Shown: positions 1-9,444 of the stretch, one piece after another
How the letters are laid out: each line of letters opens with the position of its first letter
Position numbering within the stretch: the stretch's first letter is position 1
Source of the DNA: Candidatus Curtissbacteria bacterium RIFCSPLOWO2_12_FULL_41_16
GTDB taxonomy: Bacteria; Patescibacteriota; Microgenomatia; Curtissbacterales; GWA2-41-24
Length of the DNA stretch: 64,000 bases
Direction: 5' to 3'
Assembly: GCA_001776545.1 (NCBI GenBank)
Contig: MFBZ01000022.1
Coordinates: 14,065-78,064, forward strand
Program-made: the position numbers and the translations under genes
The notes under the pieces: model-generated
The model's input: only the letters and a program-made list of their open reading frames with translations
Database searches by the model: none
Told to the model about the DNA's origin: nothing

Positions 1-1017
1 GCGAGGTTTGAAAGAAAATTGGGGGATTTTTGAGGTGAGTGGCAGGCGGTTGGCGGACGGTTGACGGTTTACGCGGGGAGAAATTTTCTTTTCAAAAAAC
101 TGTGGACTTGGTTTTGATTCAACTGTTGTTTGGATTTGACCAAGTTTGGCAAAGTATCCAAAAGTATTTTTTAAACCTTCGGTCAATTTAACTTTAGGCT
201 CAAAGCCAAAATCATGGATTCTAATAATCGGTTCTTGCTTGGGGATGAAATTTGCACTACCTGCAAAAAATAATCCCAATTCTTTTCCAAAAAAGAGGCG
301 GGCTGTATTTTGGATTTCATAGGCTACCGAAAGTGATGTTTGGGGACCCTCAGAAATCAGGGTGTGGATGTTTTTAGAATCTTGGCCAAAAACAAACTTA
401 TTGATACCAAAAATGACATCAGTGATATAGGCGGGGTAAATTTCCTTTAAGCCTTCATTTTCCAAAATAACTTTATCCGTCTTGATGGCTTGAAAAATCA
501 TACTGGAAAGCTCACTTTGGATAATTGATGCAGGGTCTTTGCTCTGAACTGTAGCTATGGGCATGCCCGGACCGTAAAGGTCTCCGACTAGAAACATTTT
601 AAGGAATTTATTAGTAAAATCGTCTTTTACGAGGTAGTCATACTGTTCACCCTGGGTAATTGGAGCAAAAACAAATATCTTTGATTGAGCTGATTCGGCC
701 TGAGAAATAATATGGGGGGAGGCAGGTGTGACGCCCGGAAGCCGCAAGGACGATTTGTGAGAAACAGCCTCAAGTAAGTCTAGATAAAAAATCAGGTCAA
801 AGCTGGGTAGATATGACGGTAGAGGCTGAGTAAGATCAAGCTCTAAAAGCGTGAAGTTCTGTTTGGGTAGTATGTCCAAAATAAGGCTTGACTTTCCTTG
901 CCCAAAAACTTCACAATTCTCTCCAAGTAGAGATTTAGCAAGGGCGGCACCAAGATATGACCCGACGCTTGTAATTAAGACCTGAGTTTTTTTCGGTTTT
1001 TGGGCAGAGGGTTCCAT
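1..1017 (-). CDS. NAD-dependent epimerase/dehydratase family protein (partial; C-terminus runs off the window start)
   Basis: Minus-strand ORF starts at the ATG at 1015-1017. It translates as MEPSAQKPKKTQVLITSVGSYLGAALAKSLLGENCEVFGQ..., with a Rossmann-like G-x-x-G-x-x-(G/A) motif near the N-terminus. No in-frame stop occurs before position 1. It is absent from the ORF track, which fits an ORF that is open to the window edge. Confidence 0.55.
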   Translation of the reverse strand, partial: MEPSAQKPKKTQVLITSVGSYLGAALAKSLLGENCEVFGQGKSSLILDILPKQNFTLLELDLTQPLPSYLPSFDLIFYLDLLEAVSHKSSLRLPGVTPASPHIISQAESAQSKIFVFAPITQGEQYDYLVKDDFTNKFLKMFLVGDLYGPGMPIATVQSKDPASIIQSELSSMIFQAIKTDKVILENEGLKEIYPAYITDVIFGINKFVFGQDSKNIHTLISEGPQTSLSVAYEIQNTARLFFGKELGLFFAGSANFIPKQEPIIRIHDFGFEPKVKLTEGLKNTFGYFAKLGQIQTTVESKPSPQFFEKKISPRVNRQPSANRLPLTSKIPQFSFKPR

Positions 1018-1051
1018 TAGTTTATACCTTAAAATATCACCATATTTGCGC

Positions 1052-1621
1052 CTAAAGTCGGAAATATGTTTTTAGACCGGTAACAAAAAGGGCAAATGTA
1101 AAACCCGCGACTGCACCAGCTGAAGCTAAAATTTTTTTATTGGGGAAGTTTGGGACCAGATTTGAATTCTCTCCAATGGCTTTTAATTGAATAGGTTCCG
1201 ACCCGGCAAGATCTTGCAGTTTTTGGTTAAACTTTACGACAGCTTTTTGAATAAGCAATCTCGCGCTTTGGGGCGTTTGGCTTGTGACAGCCAGTTTAAT
1301 TACCTGAGGTGCGATTTTTTGCGCACTAATTGTTTCCGGAAAAGTAATAACTTCTTGAGAAAAATCTTGGCTTTCTAAAATACTAACTGCGGTATCGGTA
1401 AAATTTCTGGCTTTTTCTTGGGCAAAATAATCATCCGGATATGACAAGTTCGGTGAATTGATGGACGTTTGAGATGAAGTTACAAAAAAAAGTTGCTCCA
1501 AATGAATCCCTGACGGGAGCTTGGAAACATAAATTAGGGAGAGCGCGGCGCCGATTATAGTAAAAATGAGAATAAAGAATGAATATTGTTTGAAAACTGC
1601 CAGGTATTGTTTGAGTTCCAT
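1052..1621 (-). CDS. Wzz-like polysaccharide chain-length determinant / small bitopic membrane protein
   Basis: 189 aa. The N-terminus (LKQYLAVFKQYSFFILIFTIIGAALSLIYV) resembles Wzz-family N-termini (a short cytoplasmic segment followed by a TM helix). A second TM helix sits at the C-terminus (ILASAGAVAGFTFALFVTGL). The gene sits next to a flippase and a ligase. Confidence 0.4.
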   Translation of the reverse strand: MELKQYLAVFKQYSFFILIFTIIGAALSLIYVSKLPSGIHLEQLFFVTSSQTSINSPNLSYPDDYFAQEKARNFTDTAVSILESQDFSQEVITFPETISAQKIAPQVIKLAVTSQTPQSARLLIQKAVVKFNQKLQDLAGSEPIQLKAIGENSNLVPNFPNKKILASAGAVAGFTFALFVTGLKTYFRL

Positions 1622-1665
1622 GGTACAAATTTAAAATGTAAAATTTTTACTTTTTCAATTTTCAA

Positions 1666-2064
1666 TTATCTAAGTTGTTCATCTAGTGCTTGATTAACCA
1701 AACGATCTGCCTCTTTATTTTGTCCCCTTGGTATGTGGATGTATTGAACTTGGCCAAAATTTGTCTCAAGGGTTCTAATCTTAAATATCAGGTTGCGGAT
1801 TGTGGCATTTTTGACTTTATAAAGACCTGAGAGTTGCGAAACTACCAATTGTGAATCCAGATAAAACTGTAATTGACCTGGATGGCGACCTTTGGCCCAA
1901 GTCAAGGCCTCAATAACGGCAGTATACTCGGCGACATTATTGGTTGCAATACCAATAAAACCTTGGCCTTGATAAACTACAATAGCTTGTTCTTTGACGA
2001 CAAAACCGTAAGCGGCAGGGCCGGGATTACCTCTGGCGCCGCCATCACAAAAGATTTCTATCAT
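1666..2064 (-). CDS. rnhA: Ribonuclease HI
   Basis: 132 aa beginning MIEIFCDGGARGNPGPAAYGFV..., the classic RNase H N-terminal DGG/GNPG signature. C-terminal catalytic residues (HIPRGQNKEADRL) are present. Confidence 0.85.
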   Translation of the reverse strand: MIEIFCDGGARGNPGPAAYGFVVKEQAIVVYQGQGFIGIATNNVAEYTAVIEALTWAKGRHPGQLQFYLDSQLVVSQLSGLYKVKNATIRNLIFKIRTLETNFGQVQYIHIPRGQNKEADRLVNQALDEQLR

Positions 2065-2924
2065 GACAGTGCAATTAGTATTACCCCTAACACCATAATA
2101 GTTGCGCCTACTAACCTTTGCTTGAGGTTCTTTTCTTTGAAGAGAAAGTAACCAAGTAAAACACTGATGATACTGCTTGTACGTTTGATCGAAATGACAT
2201 AGGCTACTAGGGCAAGATTGATAGCGGTCATTTGAAAGGTTAAACCTAAGGCTGAGACCAAACCAATGGGAACGAGAGCCTGGACATTCTTGGAAACGGT
2301 TTGGAGGCTCTGTGTCGATCTGAGTAACATGATCGGAAACATGGCAATGGCCAAAAAGAGATTAACAGCAATTACCCAAAAGATCGGCGAAGAATTCTGA
2401 ACCCCGACCTTATCGAAATTGGCAGTAATACTCCAAATAAAAGCAACGGCCAACATCAGTCTGGGACCTTTTTGCCTGATTAAGGCTTTGAAAGGAGCAA
2501 GGTTACCTTTTCGTCTTTCTGCGATATTCAAAAAATAGGATCCTGCCACAATGAGCAGAATTCCTAATAAGCCTAAGGTCGGTGGAAACTCATGGACGAT
2601 TAGGGGTGAGGTAACCAGCAGAAATACGGGGGTAAAGGTAATCATGGGCACAGCCAGGGATAAATCTGAGAACTTGAGCGCTTTCATATAAAAGATAGTA
2701 GCGGCAATATTAAGAGTTCCACTAACTGCTAAAGCAAGCCAAAACCCGTCCCCTAGTTGGGGCATTTCTATAAACAACAGAGCCGGCAACAAAAATGGCA
2801 GGGCAAAAACTCTAAGTGACCAAGCAGCGATGTACTCGTCAACTTCTCCCAGACTCCTCTTGCTGAAAACATCTTTTAAGGACTCAAAAAGGGCAGTCAG
2901 AACTGCAAATATGAACCAACTCAT
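2061..2924 (-). CDS. EamA/DMT-family transporter
   Basis: About 10 predicted TM helices, as expected for two EamA-like halves. The start is trimmed to MSWFIFAV (ATG at 2922-2924); the longer listed ORF 2061..3131 would overlap the upstream flippase. The trimmed gene overlaps the upstream stop by 4 bp. Confidence 0.5.
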   Translation of the reverse strand: MSWFIFAVLTALFESLKDVFSKRSLGEVDEYIAAWSLRVFALPFLLPALLFIEMPQLGDGFWLALAVSGTLNIAATIFYMKALKFSDLSLAVPMITFTPVFLLVTSPLIVHEFPPTLGLLGILLIVAGSYFLNIAERRKGNLAPFKALIRQKGPRLMLAVAFIWSITANFDKVGVQNSSPIFWVIAVNLFLAIAMFPIMLLRSTQSLQTVSKNVQALVPIGLVSALGLTFQMTAINLALVAYVISIKRTSSIISVLLGYFLFKEKNLKQRLVGATIMVLGVILIALS

Positions 2925-4177
2925 GGGTTTCTCTTCTTTTTCTGGGATATGTAAAAGCCAGCAGCCAGAAGCAACATAATTAACCCTTCGGAAATTACAG
3001 TAATTGTAGCAGCAGCAAGATAACCATATTGGGGAATAAATATTAAGTTGGCCACAATGTTGAAAAGTGCCCCTGCAGCATAAATGTAAGTCAAATATTT
3101 TTGGCGGTCGTAAATAATTAATAAGTGCCAAAGGAGGGCGGAGATGAAGAAAAATGGAAGCCCTAAAGCTAAGATTCTCAATGCGGGGATAGCACCTTGG
3201 GAACTCGGACCGAAAAATAAAGGGATAAAGTATGAGATGACAAATAAAGCTGTGGCCAATATCAGTGAGGTAAAGGTGAGGATTTTTAGCCAGGAAGAAA
3301 GCTGTTTTTTGTAGACATTTTCGTTCTCTTTGTAAAGATTTGAGAGAGCAGGATAGATGGCATTTGAGAAAAAAATCGGTATGGCAAGTGACGCCTCGAA
3401 AAACAGATAGGCAAGTCCGTAAAGTCCAACTTCCGAAGACGTACGGAAATTTGCAAGAATTAAAACGTCAATTCGAAAGTAGATCAGGTTGAAGATGAGA
3501 GCAACGCCTACCGGCCACGCAGGTCCCAAGAAGCTTAAAAATTGCTGGCGCGAGAATGTTGGGGTAAAGTAAGTTTTAACGCGTCTGGCTATTATTAAGT
3601 AAGCTAAAGCTACTAGTGAAATTCCCCCTAAGACATAAGCTGTAGTATATCCAAGAATAGATTTAGTGGTGAGGGTTACGACTATAGCTGTTGCCAGGAT
3701 GATTAAATATCCAAAGGCAGCAGCAAGAGTAGAGAGATCGTAACGGAGAATTTTTTGGAAAAAGGCATTGGTGGTAGTAAAGAGGGCATGGGTGATAATG
3801 GTTGCAGAAGCAATGATGATGCCGGTTTTGACAAGAGGGCTAAAACCCGTGGCTGCGGCTTGATCGTAAGGAAGGACTTGGGTTATAGTCACTGCCATTA
3901 GAGCAAGGGTTATGCCCATTAAAATTCTCAGACCTAAAAGGGGCTTGAGGTGAGTAACTTCGTTTTCCTTGGCGATTTTGATGTAGATTGTGTTTAAGCC
4001 GAAGTCGGCAAGAGTGTAGAAGTAACCGACAAAAACAAAGATTTTAGTGAAATCGCCATATCCTGAGGCGTCAAGAGTTCTGAAAAGGACGAGGGTGATC
4101 AAAAGGGTGATTGAGGCAGTTATGCCTTTGCCGACAATTTGGGCACCCGTATTAAAGTAGATAACTTTTTTAAACAC
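2921..4177 (-). CDS. Polysaccharide biosynthesis protein / Wzx-type oligosaccharide flippase (MOP superfamily)
   Basis: 418 aa polytopic membrane protein. The N-terminus (MFKKVIYFNTGAQIVGKGITASITLLITLVLFRTLDASGYGDF) is typical of Wzx/MATE-like flippases. Confidence 0.55.
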   Translation of the reverse strand: MFKKVIYFNTGAQIVGKGITASITLLITLVLFRTLDASGYGDFTKIFVFVGYFYTLADFGLNTIYIKIAKENEVTHLKPLLGLRILMGITLALMAVTITQVLPYDQAAATGFSPLVKTGIIIASATIITHALFTTTNAFFQKILRYDLSTLAAAFGYLIILATAIVVTLTTKSILGYTTAYVLGGISLVALAYLIIARRVKTYFTPTFSRQQFLSFLGPAWPVGVALIFNLIYFRIDVLILANFRTSSEVGLYGLAYLFFEASLAIPIFFSNAIYPALSNLYKENENVYKKQLSSWLKILTFTSLILATALFVISYFIPLFFGPSSQGAIPALRILALGLPFFFISALLWHLLIIYDRQKYLTYIYAAGALFNIVANLIFIPQYGYLAAATITVISEGLIMLLLAAGFYISQKKKRNP

Positions 4178-4232
4178 GAAACAATTGTAATTGTTAGATT
4201 GTTAGATTGCTATATTGTTAAATTGATTGAAA

Positions 4233-5459
4233 TCAATTTTTCTGATTACTAAGAATATAGCCTGCCGACAGCCAAAAGAGCAGTTGGCCTTGTTGGAGAG
4301 TCCAGAGGAAATGGTCAAGGCTGGCAAAGACAAGGATGACGATAAAGATAGCAACTTTGGGTTTGGTGGTAATTTGGCGAGCAATAACTAAAAGAAAACT
4401 CACAAAAAGTAAAAGGCCAATAATGCCGTTTTCGGCCAAAATTAGCAAGAAGACATTGTGGACAGGTTGCAAGAGTCGAATTTCGGCAAGAGAAAATAGA
4501 TTAAGTTTGGAAAGCTCGAGGATAAAATTGCCTGAACCAACTCCAAACAAGGGGTTAACTTTTGTGATATCAAGGGACGCCTGGGAAAGCATAAGCCTTT
4601 CGGCAATCGTGGCAAGTTGAAAATCCGATACTGATTTTAAAGATCCAACCGCAATAATAGCTAAAAAGACTAGTCCGAATAGTAAATTTTTGGCGGATCC
4701 ACGCATAATTAAACCCGCAAGAACAATCGCCAAAATTGCCGATTTGGAAAAAGTCAGTAAAGTCGCGACCACCGGGACCAGCAAGCTGAAGATCTGGACT
4801 CTTGTTATTCTTTTCGAAAGCTTCAGGGAAGAGAGGATAATCGCACTGATTACAAAGAAGGCGGCAGCTACGTTAGGATGAGGAAAGGTGCCGTATGGCC
4901 TTAAAAGCTGGTGGCCGAGAATTTGGGCATGGGCGATAGCGGTCGTTGAGGAATCAAATGTTCTTTCACCCAATATCCAAAGCCCCAGGGTTCTTTGAAA
5001 GACAAATTGCCAGATCACTAAAGCAGATTGCCAGAGGACCGAGAAGGTAATAACGTGACGGATCACCCCATGCAGGTTTTTTTTAGAAAATGTAACCGAC
5101 GCAGCAATACTTGTAAGACTAAATTCAAAAATTTTTAAAGTAAACCAGAGAGCTGGAAAGGGTTGGTAAGAGATCAAAAAGGAAGTAAAAAACAAATAGA
5201 GATTAAAAAGCGCCAGGATCCAAATAATAGTTTTGGCGTCTTTGTAAATTTTCGGAAGACTCCTCCAATTCTCCAAGACAAAAATTGCCAAATAAGCAAA
5301 AATTGCCAGATCAGAAAGATAAACAGTAATTGCCCGGTAATCAATGGGCAGGCCTAAAACAAAAGAGTGGCTTGGCCAGAAGAATTTGTTTAACTGAATC
5401 GGAAGAGTAGCCAAAACCGCAAGGAAGAGGAAATCTGATTTGGACATTGAATAGGTCAT
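4233..5459 (-). CDS. O-antigen ligase / polymerase (Wzy/WaaL-like) family membrane protein
   Basis: 408 aa with about 10-12 TM helices and a large loop, the topology typical of the O-antigen ligase family. Confidence 0.5.
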   Translation of the reverse strand: MTYSMSKSDFLFLAVLATLPIQLNKFFWPSHSFVLGLPIDYRAITVYLSDLAIFAYLAIFVLENWRSLPKIYKDAKTIIWILALFNLYLFFTSFLISYQPFPALWFTLKIFEFSLTSIAASVTFSKKNLHGVIRHVITFSVLWQSALVIWQFVFQRTLGLWILGERTFDSSTTAIAHAQILGHQLLRPYGTFPHPNVAAAFFVISAIILSSLKLSKRITRVQIFSLLVPVVATLLTFSKSAILAIVLAGLIMRGSAKNLLFGLVFLAIIAVGSLKSVSDFQLATIAERLMLSQASLDITKVNPLFGVGSGNFILELSKLNLFSLAEIRLLQPVHNVFLLILAENGIIGLLLFVSFLLVIARQITTKPKVAIFIVILVFASLDHFLWTLQQGQLLFWLSAGYILSNQKN

Positions 5460-5518
5460 CGGGTAGATGGGCTATCAGGATAGTCGAAGTTTACCTAATG
5501 ACCCAATTGCCTAATAAC

Positions 5519-5980
5519 CTATCGAGGCTTGATAATTAAATACCTACCTGCACCCTCACCTTCGGAAACAGTCGTAACATCAGGATGATCGGTTAAGGCA
5601 GAATGGATGACACGTCTCTCGAAAGCCTTCAGATTAAAAAATGATTCCGGCTCGCCTGTTGCGACTACTTTTTGGGCGACAGAAAGAGCCATGTTTTTCA
5701 GCTTTTCTTCTTTATGTTTGCGCCAGTTATCAACATCTATAAAGATTTCGAAGTCGTTTGAACCGGTTAGGCTTTTGATCCTGACTGCCAAGATAAAACG
5801 AAGGCTTTCTAAATTACTACCATTTTTGCCAATTAAAAGCGGGGAGTCTTCCGAGGCGATGTCGATAAAAAAAGTGTTGTCGGCTCGTGAAACTTCGGCG
5901 GTTGCCGAAACTCCAAGTTTTTCAATAATCGCGGCAATATTTTTGGCTACAAAATTTTCATCTAGCTTTGCTTTTGCCAT
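5519..5980 (-). CDS. jag: Jag/KhpB RNA-binding protein (KH + R3H domains)
   Basis: 153 aa with IGKNGSNLESLRFIL (KH-like) and a C-terminal R3H-like segment (RRVIHSALTDHPDVTTVSEGEGAGRYLIIKP). It lies immediately downstream of yidC, as in the conserved yidC-jag arrangement. Confidence 0.75.
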   Translation of the reverse strand: MAKAKLDENFVAKNIAAIIEKLGVSATAEVSRADNTFFIDIASEDSPLLIGKNGSNLESLRFILAVRIKSLTGSNDFEIFIDVDNWRKHKEEKLKNMALSVAQKVVATGEPESFFNLKAFERRVIHSALTDHPDVTTVSEGEGAGRYLIIKPR

Positions 5981-6792
5981 CTTTTTGGTAAATATTTATT
6001 GAGCGCGCCCGGACCTGAAATAACGTATTGTTGAATAATGCCAATTATAGTGAAAGTGTTCCAATAAAGCGAAAGGCCAACCGGAAACCCGTAAGAAAAA
6101 AAGGCAATCATTAAAGGCATAATGAGGGTCATTTGTGAGCTGACTTGGGCCATGGTATCTTCAATTTCACCTTTGCTATCGGTTTTTTTGACTGGCGTAA
6201 TTGACGGAGACGGTGGGAGGGCGGGGGTAAGCATTTTCGACTGAATCAATTGCAATAGACCTGTCAAAATGGGGATAGCAAGAATCAGAATACCCGCCTG
6301 TTGCCATTGGTTAGGTTTATCAGAAAGATTAAAACCTAAAAAGTAAGTATCCGGTACTTTGTCAAGGTGCAGGAACGAAAAATAAAGTTGGCTGTTGATT
6401 TTATTCAAGAAATCTCCGTTGACTTGAACAATTTTCAGAAGAACATTATAAAGGGCGATAAAAACCGGAATCTGTAAAATCATTGGAAGACAACCAGACA
6501 GAGGATTAACGCCGTGCTCCTTGTAAAGTTTACTGACTTCTTGTTGATGACGGATTTTGTCATGACCATGCTCGAGCTTAATGCGATCCAGGTGCGGCTT
6601 TAGGGCGGCCATTTTTTGGGTGCTTTTGAGCTGAACACCGGTTAGAGGCCAAAGTACTAAACGAATAGTGACGGTGAGAAGGATGATTGCAAAACCCAAG
6701 GCCCAGGGGATGAACAGTGTTTTGAGAGCCGCATAGTATGCGATAAGTAAGTTTAGAATCGGTGTAGTTAAAAAAACTTCAAAAGGATTCAT
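5962..6792 (-). CDS. yidC: Membrane protein insertase YidC
   Basis: 276 aa short-form YidC/Oxa1, multi-TM with the conserved C-terminal core. It sits in the conserved rpmH-rnpA-yidD-yidC-jag block. Confidence 0.85.
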   Translation of the reverse strand: MNPFEVFLTTPILNLLIAYYAALKTLFIPWALGFAIILLTVTIRLVLWPLTGVQLKSTQKMAALKPHLDRIKLEHGHDKIRHQQEVSKLYKEHGVNPLSGCLPMILQIPVFIALYNVLLKIVQVNGDFLNKINSQLYFSFLHLDKVPDTYFLGFNLSDKPNQWQQAGILILAIPILTGLLQLIQSKMLTPALPPSPSITPVKKTDSKGEIEDTMAQVSSQMTLIMPLMIAFFSYGFPVGLSLYWNTFTIIGIIQQYVISGPGALNKYLPKRWQKQS

Positions 6793-6930
6793 GTGTCACG
6801 AATTTATGCGAATTAGTTAATCCGAATTTACCCGAATTGAGCCCAGTATTTATCGTTCCATTAACTTTTAGTAACTTTTAGAGCCTCTAATTGGTGATTG
6901 GGAATTGGAAATTTGAAATTGGAAATTATT

Positions 6931-7140
6931 TTAAACTGGGTCATAATAGGGCTTTTTGGAAAACGGGTGACAGGCGATGAGCCTTTTAAAAGTGATCCAT
7001 GAACCGATAATTAATCCATACTTTTTTGTGGCTTGCAGGGCGTATTGAGAGCAGGTCGGGTCGTAGCGACAAGTACGATTTACTGACTGAAAAAGATAAT
7101 GATAAAAAAAATAGAGAAATCTAACAACCTGCGCGGTCAT
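6931..7140 (-). CDS. yidD: Membrane protein insertion efficiency factor YidD
   Basis: 69 aa with the signature YQ(Y)ALQA...G...WIT.KRLIACHPFSK..YDPV. Confidence 0.8.
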   Translation of the reverse strand: MTAQVVRFLYFFYHYLFQSVNRTCRYDPTCSQYALQATKKYGLIIGSWITFKRLIACHPFSKKPYYDPV

Positions 7141-7415
7141 ATTTTAAGATAGTCTTCTAGTTTCTGTTTAACTTGCTCCATTTTGAGATTTGCAATATTT
7201 TTCTTGATGATAACTGTTATTTGGCCATCTTTCAAATTTAGGCTGTCCAGGGCTTGCCTTATGATTCTTTTAATTCTGTTCCTGTCGGTTGCCTTTTTGA
7301 CAGTCTTTTTGGATATAACAACCTTAGGTTTCGGCCAAGATTGATTCGTTTTTGAATCATGCGATTGATTAACAATCAAAATAAGCTCTTGACCTTGTAG
7401 GCGGGTTGGGGACAT
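7137..7415 (-). CDS. rnpA: Ribonuclease P protein component
   Basis: 92 aa basic protein with an RNRIKRIIRQAL motif, located downstream of rpmH. Confidence 0.8.
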   Translation of the reverse strand: MSPTRLQGQELILIVNQSHDSKTNQSWPKPKVVISKKTVKKATDRNRIKRIIRQALDSLNLKDGQITVIIKKNIANLKMEQVKQKLEDYLKI

Positions 7416-7552
7416 CAGACGGTGAGGCGAGTGCGTTTTTTGGCCCTTCTTTTTGCTATGACATCGCGCCCTGCTGATGTACGCATTCTTTTCCGAAATC
7501 CGTGAGTTTTTGCTCTTTTTCTTTTTTTTGGCTGGTAAGTACGTTTGGGCAT
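7415..7552 (-). CDS. rpmH: 50S ribosomal protein L34
   Basis: Hand translation of the minus strand gives [45 protein letters not shown], the canonical L34 sequence. It is too short for the 60-aa ORF track. Confidence 0.85.
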   Translation of the reverse strand: MPKRTYQPKKRKRAKTHGFRKRMRTSAGRDVIAKRRAKKRTRLTV

Positions 7553-7831
7553 GACTACAGAGTACTAGAAATAACCTGGGATATCAAGACCCGTAAGGGG
7601 TTCTTTTTTGGGGGGGGGAGTAAGGCTTTTGAAGAGCGATGATCGACAGCGATCCTTTGTGTTGTTCAAAGCTACTTATTAACATACTTTTTGGCGGGTT
7701 GACAATTGTGGAAAAGTTTTGCGATTATAGAGTTTAGCTCTAAAATTTCAAAGATCTTCTTGGAGTTGATCTTCTTAAACACTTAGCCTGCTTAGAGCAA
7801 ATATTCAATTACTTAAAACTATTTTTAGGGG
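7553..7831. promoter_or_regulatory. rpmH-dnaA intergenic region: candidate oriC half / dnaA promoter
   Basis: It lies between divergently oriented rpmH and dnaA. It contains a DnaA-box-like TTGTGGAAA (~7703), several GATC sites and a G9 homopolymer (~7607-7616). Confidence 0.4.
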
Positions 7832-9190
7832 TTGTTTCATATGGAAGGCCAAAAAATTTGGGCCAGCATTCTAGCAGGCATCAAATCGCAGATTTCATCT
7901 TCAACGTTTAAAACCTGGTTTGCCGGTTCTTTTGTTTTGGACTACAAAAAAAATGATGGCGAGAATCTTTTGATTGTCGGCGTCAAGAATAATTTTCTCA
8001 AAGAACAAGTTGAGACTAGATATCAGCCAATAATTGATAAAACTGTTAAGAAAAATGGGTTTTTGCAAACAAGGGTAATTTTTGTAGTTTCCAAAAATGA
8101 TAGGCAGGAGGTATTGGGTAAAAACGAGCCACTATTTTCGGGCGTGGCACCAACTTATATTGGTATTTCTCGTAAAATTGATGGTCTTAATCCGAATCAC
8201 ACTTTTGAAAACTTTGTTGTCGGGTCTTCCAATAACTTAGCTTTTTTGGCTTTTAACCAGGTGGGGGGCAATTTGGGCTCAGTGTACAATCCACTTTTTG
8301 TTTATGGACCAACGGGTGTCGGTAAAACCCATCTCCTGCAGGCTTGCGGCAATGCTGTCCTTTTGGAAATCGTAGACGCTAAGGTTCTTTATGTCTCGGC
8401 AGAAAAATTTACAAATGATTACATAGAATCGCTCCGCGACAGAACCATGGCGGCTTTTCGCCAGAAATACCGAGGCGTCGACCTTCTCCTGGTTGACGAT
8501 GTCCAGTTTTTAGCCGGCAAAGAAAGTACGCAGGATGAATTTTTTTACACTTTTAATGAGCTCTATCTTTCGGGAAGACAGATTGTTCTGGCGGCGGATC
8601 GTCATCCCAGAGAGCTAGGAAGACTCAAGGAAAGATTAGTCAGCCGGTTTTTGGGTGGGATGGCGGTCGATGTCGCCAGACCCGACCTGGAGCTGCGTAC
8701 GGCAATTCTTAAGGCTAAGTGCAGAGAGAGGAAACTAAATTTAAATGATGAAATAATTGATTATATTGCGCGTCAATGCAGCAATGAAGTGCGAGAATTG
8801 GAGGGAGTTTTGGTGCAGGTTCTTTCTTTAATCCGGATTTCGGGTAAAATTTCTCTTTTGCAAATTAAAACGGCCATTGAAAGAGGCCGGAAAAATGTGG
8901 TTATAAAACCTGCGCCTGGTAAAATTATTGAGGCCGTGTCTCGTCATTTTAAAATTGCCAGCGGTGATATTTGTGGTTTGAGGCGAAAAGCAAGGTTGGT
9001 CCGTGCTAGACAAGTTTTAATGTACCTTTTAAGACAAGAGCTGGGCTTACCGCTTGGGGTTATTGGGGATCTTATTGGGGGTAGAGATCATTCGACTGTT
9101 CTTTACGGCATTGAGAGAGTTTCAAAAGAGATGGCAGCTGACCGGAGCAAGAATGATGAGGTTTTGCGAATTCGTTCTCTTTTCCAATAA
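7832..9190 (+). CDS. dnaA: Chromosomal replication initiator DnaA
   Basis: 452 aa with Walker A GPTGVGKTHL, AAA+ box LLLVDDVQFL and a C-terminal DNA-binding domain (RQVLMYLLRQELGLPLGVIGDLIGGRDHSTVLYGIERV). An alternative start is MEGQ at 7841. Confidence 0.9.
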   Translation: MFHMEGQKIWASILAGIKSQISSSTFKTWFAGSFVLDYKKNDGENLLIVGVKNNFLKEQVETRYQPIIDKTVKKNGFLQTRVIFVVSKNDRQEVLGKNEPLFSGVAPTYIGISRKIDGLNPNHTFENFVVGSSNNLAFLAFNQVGGNLGSVYNPLFVYGPTGVGKTHLLQACGNAVLLEIVDAKVLYVSAEKFTNDYIESLRDRTMAAFRQKYRGVDLLLVDDVQFLAGKESTQDEFFYTFNELYLSGRQIVLAADRHPRELGRLKERLVSRFLGGMAVDVARPDLELRTAILKAKCRERKLNLNDEIIDYIARQCSNEVRELEGVLVQVLSLIRISGKISLLQIKTAIERGRKNVVIKPAPGKIIEAVSRHFKIASGDICGLRRKARLVRARQVLMYLLRQELGLPLGVIGDLIGGRDHSTVLYGIERVSKEMAADRSKNDEVLRIRSLFQ

Positions 9191-9444
9191 TTTAGGCGGC
9201 TTTTGCACAAAAATGTGGGGTTATTAACGATTCCCTGGGTGTTTCCCACAATTTTTTAGACCATAATTCTACTTTGATTGCCGAGGGTTTTTAAAGATCT
9301 GCACATCTATAATAATTTTAATACTGTTTTTTAAACTTATTTATTTTTATTAAGTCTATTAAGTCTATAATGAAAAAAGGGTTTTTAACTCCAGATTGCG
9401 TAACAATAAAGCTTGATATATAATTTTTCGGCCTTGTCGTTTGA
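9191..9444. promoter_or_regulatory. dnaA-dnaN intergenic region: candidate oriC with DnaA-box-like sites and an AT-rich unwinding element
   Basis: TGTGGGGTTAT and TTCCCACAA (reverse-complement TTGTGGGAA) box-like sites lie at 9215-9260. A >80% AT stretch at 9300-9420 includes the tandem ATTAAGTCT ATTAAGTCT. Confidence 0.45.

Noticed and set aside
1187-1628. ORFs 1187..1378 (+) and 1431..1628 (-)
   Set aside because: They overlap the better-supported 1052..1621 membrane-protein gene in other frames or on the other strand.
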